A stretch of 64,000 nt of DNA, taken from assembly GCA_041650915.1 (NCBI GenBank), contig JBAZKE010000006.1:8961-72960 (forward strand), given 5' to 3'. Below, one piece after another: positions 62,261 to 64,000 of the stretch; within the stretch, counting starts at the first letter, position 1; each line of letters opens with the position of its first letter. A program made the translations under genes and the position numbers. The notes beneath the pieces were generated by a model. The model saw only the letters and a list, made by a program, of their open reading frames with translations. It made no database searches and was not told the origin of the DNA. Source of the stretch: Patescibacteria group bacterium. GTDB taxonomy: Bacteria; Patescibacteriota; Patescibacteriia; UBA10025; JAHIVO01.

Positions 62261-63958
62261 TTAGAATCCCATCTTCTTTCCACCTCGTCCTAATTCCTCA
62301 ACGAGATATTCCCGTGTAACCTCGACGCCCAGGACCTCGGCCTTCCGGATGGCCCGGATGAAGTTCTGCGGCAGGCAGGGCGTCGAAACATTTCTAGCGC
62401 CACCGGAAAACCGATTCAAAAATCCAGCAATCTGCTGAGGTTTAAGAAAATCAAATTCCAGAGTCACGGCGAAGCAACTCAGCAAACCGCTGGGGAGTCT
62501 TTCGCTGGGACCCGAGGTACACAACACCAAGCCTGGATGACGTGAAATCAAAGTTGCCAAATTATCCGACATGATAGTGTTGTTGGCGTCAGTATCTTCT
62601 GTCTGGCAATCGAATAGCGCATCAATATCCGTGATGACTCCAACAGCGCCTTCCCGTCGAAGTTTTTCAAAGAATTTCCTCATGACCATGGCGGTATCAT
62701 GGGGCGAATCCGAAATAAAGTCAGTAGCGCTTTTCTGGGTCACAACACCTGCAGATTCCCCGAGCCAGCGCGCAGCACTTCTTCGGCCCGAGCCAAATGG
62801 TCCGGAACACAAAACAGCACAAGGGTGCTGGGCCAATTTGGGAGCCAAGCTGGCCAAGTCCAAGGAACAGTTTACAAGGGCAGGATCGAACTCCAAGCTG
62901 GGGTTAGTTCGAGGCAGAATTTCGTGTTCTGAAGAGTAAAGCTTCAAGTACTCTTCAGCCAGCAAATCCACGCAGTGGTCGGAAGTTTCGGGCGACACGG
63001 CGTGAATGACTTCCGTGACCTTGGCCATGCGGGCCAAGTCGGCGGCCGAGAGGTTGTCATTCAGCAGGTACTCAGGTACTTTCGCGATGCCAGAGAAATA
63101 ATGCTCGGCGATTTTCTTTCGAGTTTTTCGCGCTGGCACCGACATATTCAGGACCAGGTCAAACCTACGCAACACCGCCGAATCCATGTCCCGACAGGAA
63201 TTGGTAATCCAGAATGTTGGAACTGCATTGGTTTCCAGGAGGCGGTTCACAAAACCTTTGGCGCGTTGTTTAGCGGTAGTATCGGAATCCGGGGCGAATA
63301 CATCTTCGACTTCGTCAAACAATAGCAGCGCGGCAGAACCTCGACGTAGAATTTCCTGAGCCAGACGATACGCCGTGAGTCGATCGTCGCGGTCTTTGGC
63401 CGAGAGATCGGAGTTCTCTTCCACGACGCCAAAAAGAGGAACGCCCAGACTCTGAGCCAAAACTCTCGCGACCTCGCTTTTGCCTACACCTGGACGACCG
63501 TACAACAGCACATTGACGCCAGTTTTCTTTTTCGCGATGGCAGCATCGAGGTATTGACGGAACACCGTGAGTTTATCGTGATAATATTCAAAGTCATCCA
63601 GTGTCAGGCTGGTTGGGCTTGTGGGCAAAAAGAAAGTATTGAACACTTCATGGGGTTGCGCCGTGTAGATTTGTCGAGCCAAATCTTCCGAAAGTTCGAA
63701 AAACCTATCGTTGTTTTCAGGGCGTAGGCGCAAGATACCTGAACGAACCAGCGTGCTGCCGGGCTGTAGACACGTCTCGATGACTTTTTCGTCGTGGCCC
63801 AAAACAGCGTAAATATTACTATATAATCCTTTCAGAGTACCGATATCAGTTTTACAAACCAACGGTTCGAAAAAAGTGCAATCATACACCGCGGCAAGAA
63901 ATAGCAGAACATCGCGTTCGACTGGAGTCAAAGCCAGAACACGAGTAATCGCCGCCAC
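62261..63958 (-). CDS. Two-domain AAA+ ATPase (565 aa)
   Basis: Walker A LLYGRPGVGKS and Walker B LLLFDEVED in domain 1. A degenerate second module CSGPFGSGRRS / VITDID. GTG start. Confidence 0.7.
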   Translation of the reverse strand: MAAITRVLALTPVERDVLLFLAAVYDCTFFEPLVCKTDIGTLKGLYSNIYAVLGHDEKVIETCLQPGSTLVRSGILRLRPENNDRFFELSEDLARQIYTAQPHEVFNTFFLPTSPTSLTLDDFEYYHDKLTVFRQYLDAAIAKKKTGVNVLLYGRPGVGKSEVARVLAQSLGVPLFGVVEENSDLSAKDRDDRLTAYRLAQEILRRGSAALLLFDEVEDVFAPDSDTTAKQRAKGFVNRLLETNAVPTFWITNSCRDMDSAVLRRFDLVLNMSVPARKTRKKIAEHYFSGIAKVPEYLLNDNLSAADLARMAKVTEVIHAVSPETSDHCVDLLAEEYLKLYSSEHEILPRTNPSLEFDPALVNCSLDLASLAPKLAQHPCAVLCSGPFGSGRRSAARWLGESAGVVTQKSATDFISDSPHDTAMVMRKFFEKLRREGAVGVITDIDALFDCQTEDTDANNTIMSDNLATLISRHPGLVLCTSGPSERLPSGLLSCFAVTLEFDFLKPQQIAGFLNRFSGGARNVSTPCLPQNFIRAIRKAEVLGVEVTREYLVEELGRGGKKMGF

Positions 63959-64000
63959 GTTACTGGTAACGTGCTGGTCAAATGGAACTATTTCATGCTG

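Noticed and set aside
1-64000. tRNA or rRNA genes.
   Set aside because: I scanned the intergenic regions by eye (2397-2580, 3385-3610, 24461-24752, 28242-28391, 45929-46182, 57980-58222, 61612-61710). None shows a tRNA-like T-arm/acceptor pattern. Needs tRNAscan-SE to confirm.
1-64000. Terminase large subunit or portal.
   Set aside because: No + strand ORF shows a terminase Walker A plus nuclease pattern or a portal signature that I can recognise. They are probably outside the window, or too diverged to call by eye.

Overview
The window looks like part of a large, gene-dense double-stranded DNA (dsDNA) bacteriophage or prophage genome. Nearly every gene is on the + strand; only three are on the - strand (ThyX, a metallophosphoesterase and an AAA+ ATPase). 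Recognisable gene content: tandem virion structural paralogs, a candidate capsid gene and a 900-aa tape-measure-like protein. There are five HNH nucleases (one inside the IscB-like gene), a GIY-YIG homing endonuclease and two metallophosphoesterases. There is also an ATP-dependent DNA ligase, ThyX, an SLT lytic transglycosylase and a lysin-like glycoside hydrolase. Two groups of conserved promoter-like motifs are visible: sigma70-like TTGAC-N17-TAYRGT promoters driving leaderless ATGs, and a CACGTTA...TTTAkTAG element. I recognised no tRNA, rRNA or CRISPR array. Two things stand out. (1) A short beta-hairpin-like peptide tag (consensus aromatic/aliphatic-R-x0-2-[GND]-x-hydrophobic-Y-[RK], e.g. 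KFIRVAGKLYRK) sits at the extreme N- and/or C-termini of at least 13 otherwise unrelated proteins, clustered at 46.2-51.3 kb. (2) At 58.9-61.6 kb there is an IscB-like (OMEGA-type) RNA-guided nuclease with PLMP, split RuvC, HNH and TID motifs, and a structured upstream region that could be its guide RNA. Its reading frame continues without a stop into a member of a novel small-protein family (N-terminus MKIRTGFVSNSSSSSF), and two further tandem paralogs of that family follow. All calls come from reading the sequence and the ORF track; no database searches were run. Some coordinates I derived by hand may be off by 1-2 nt.
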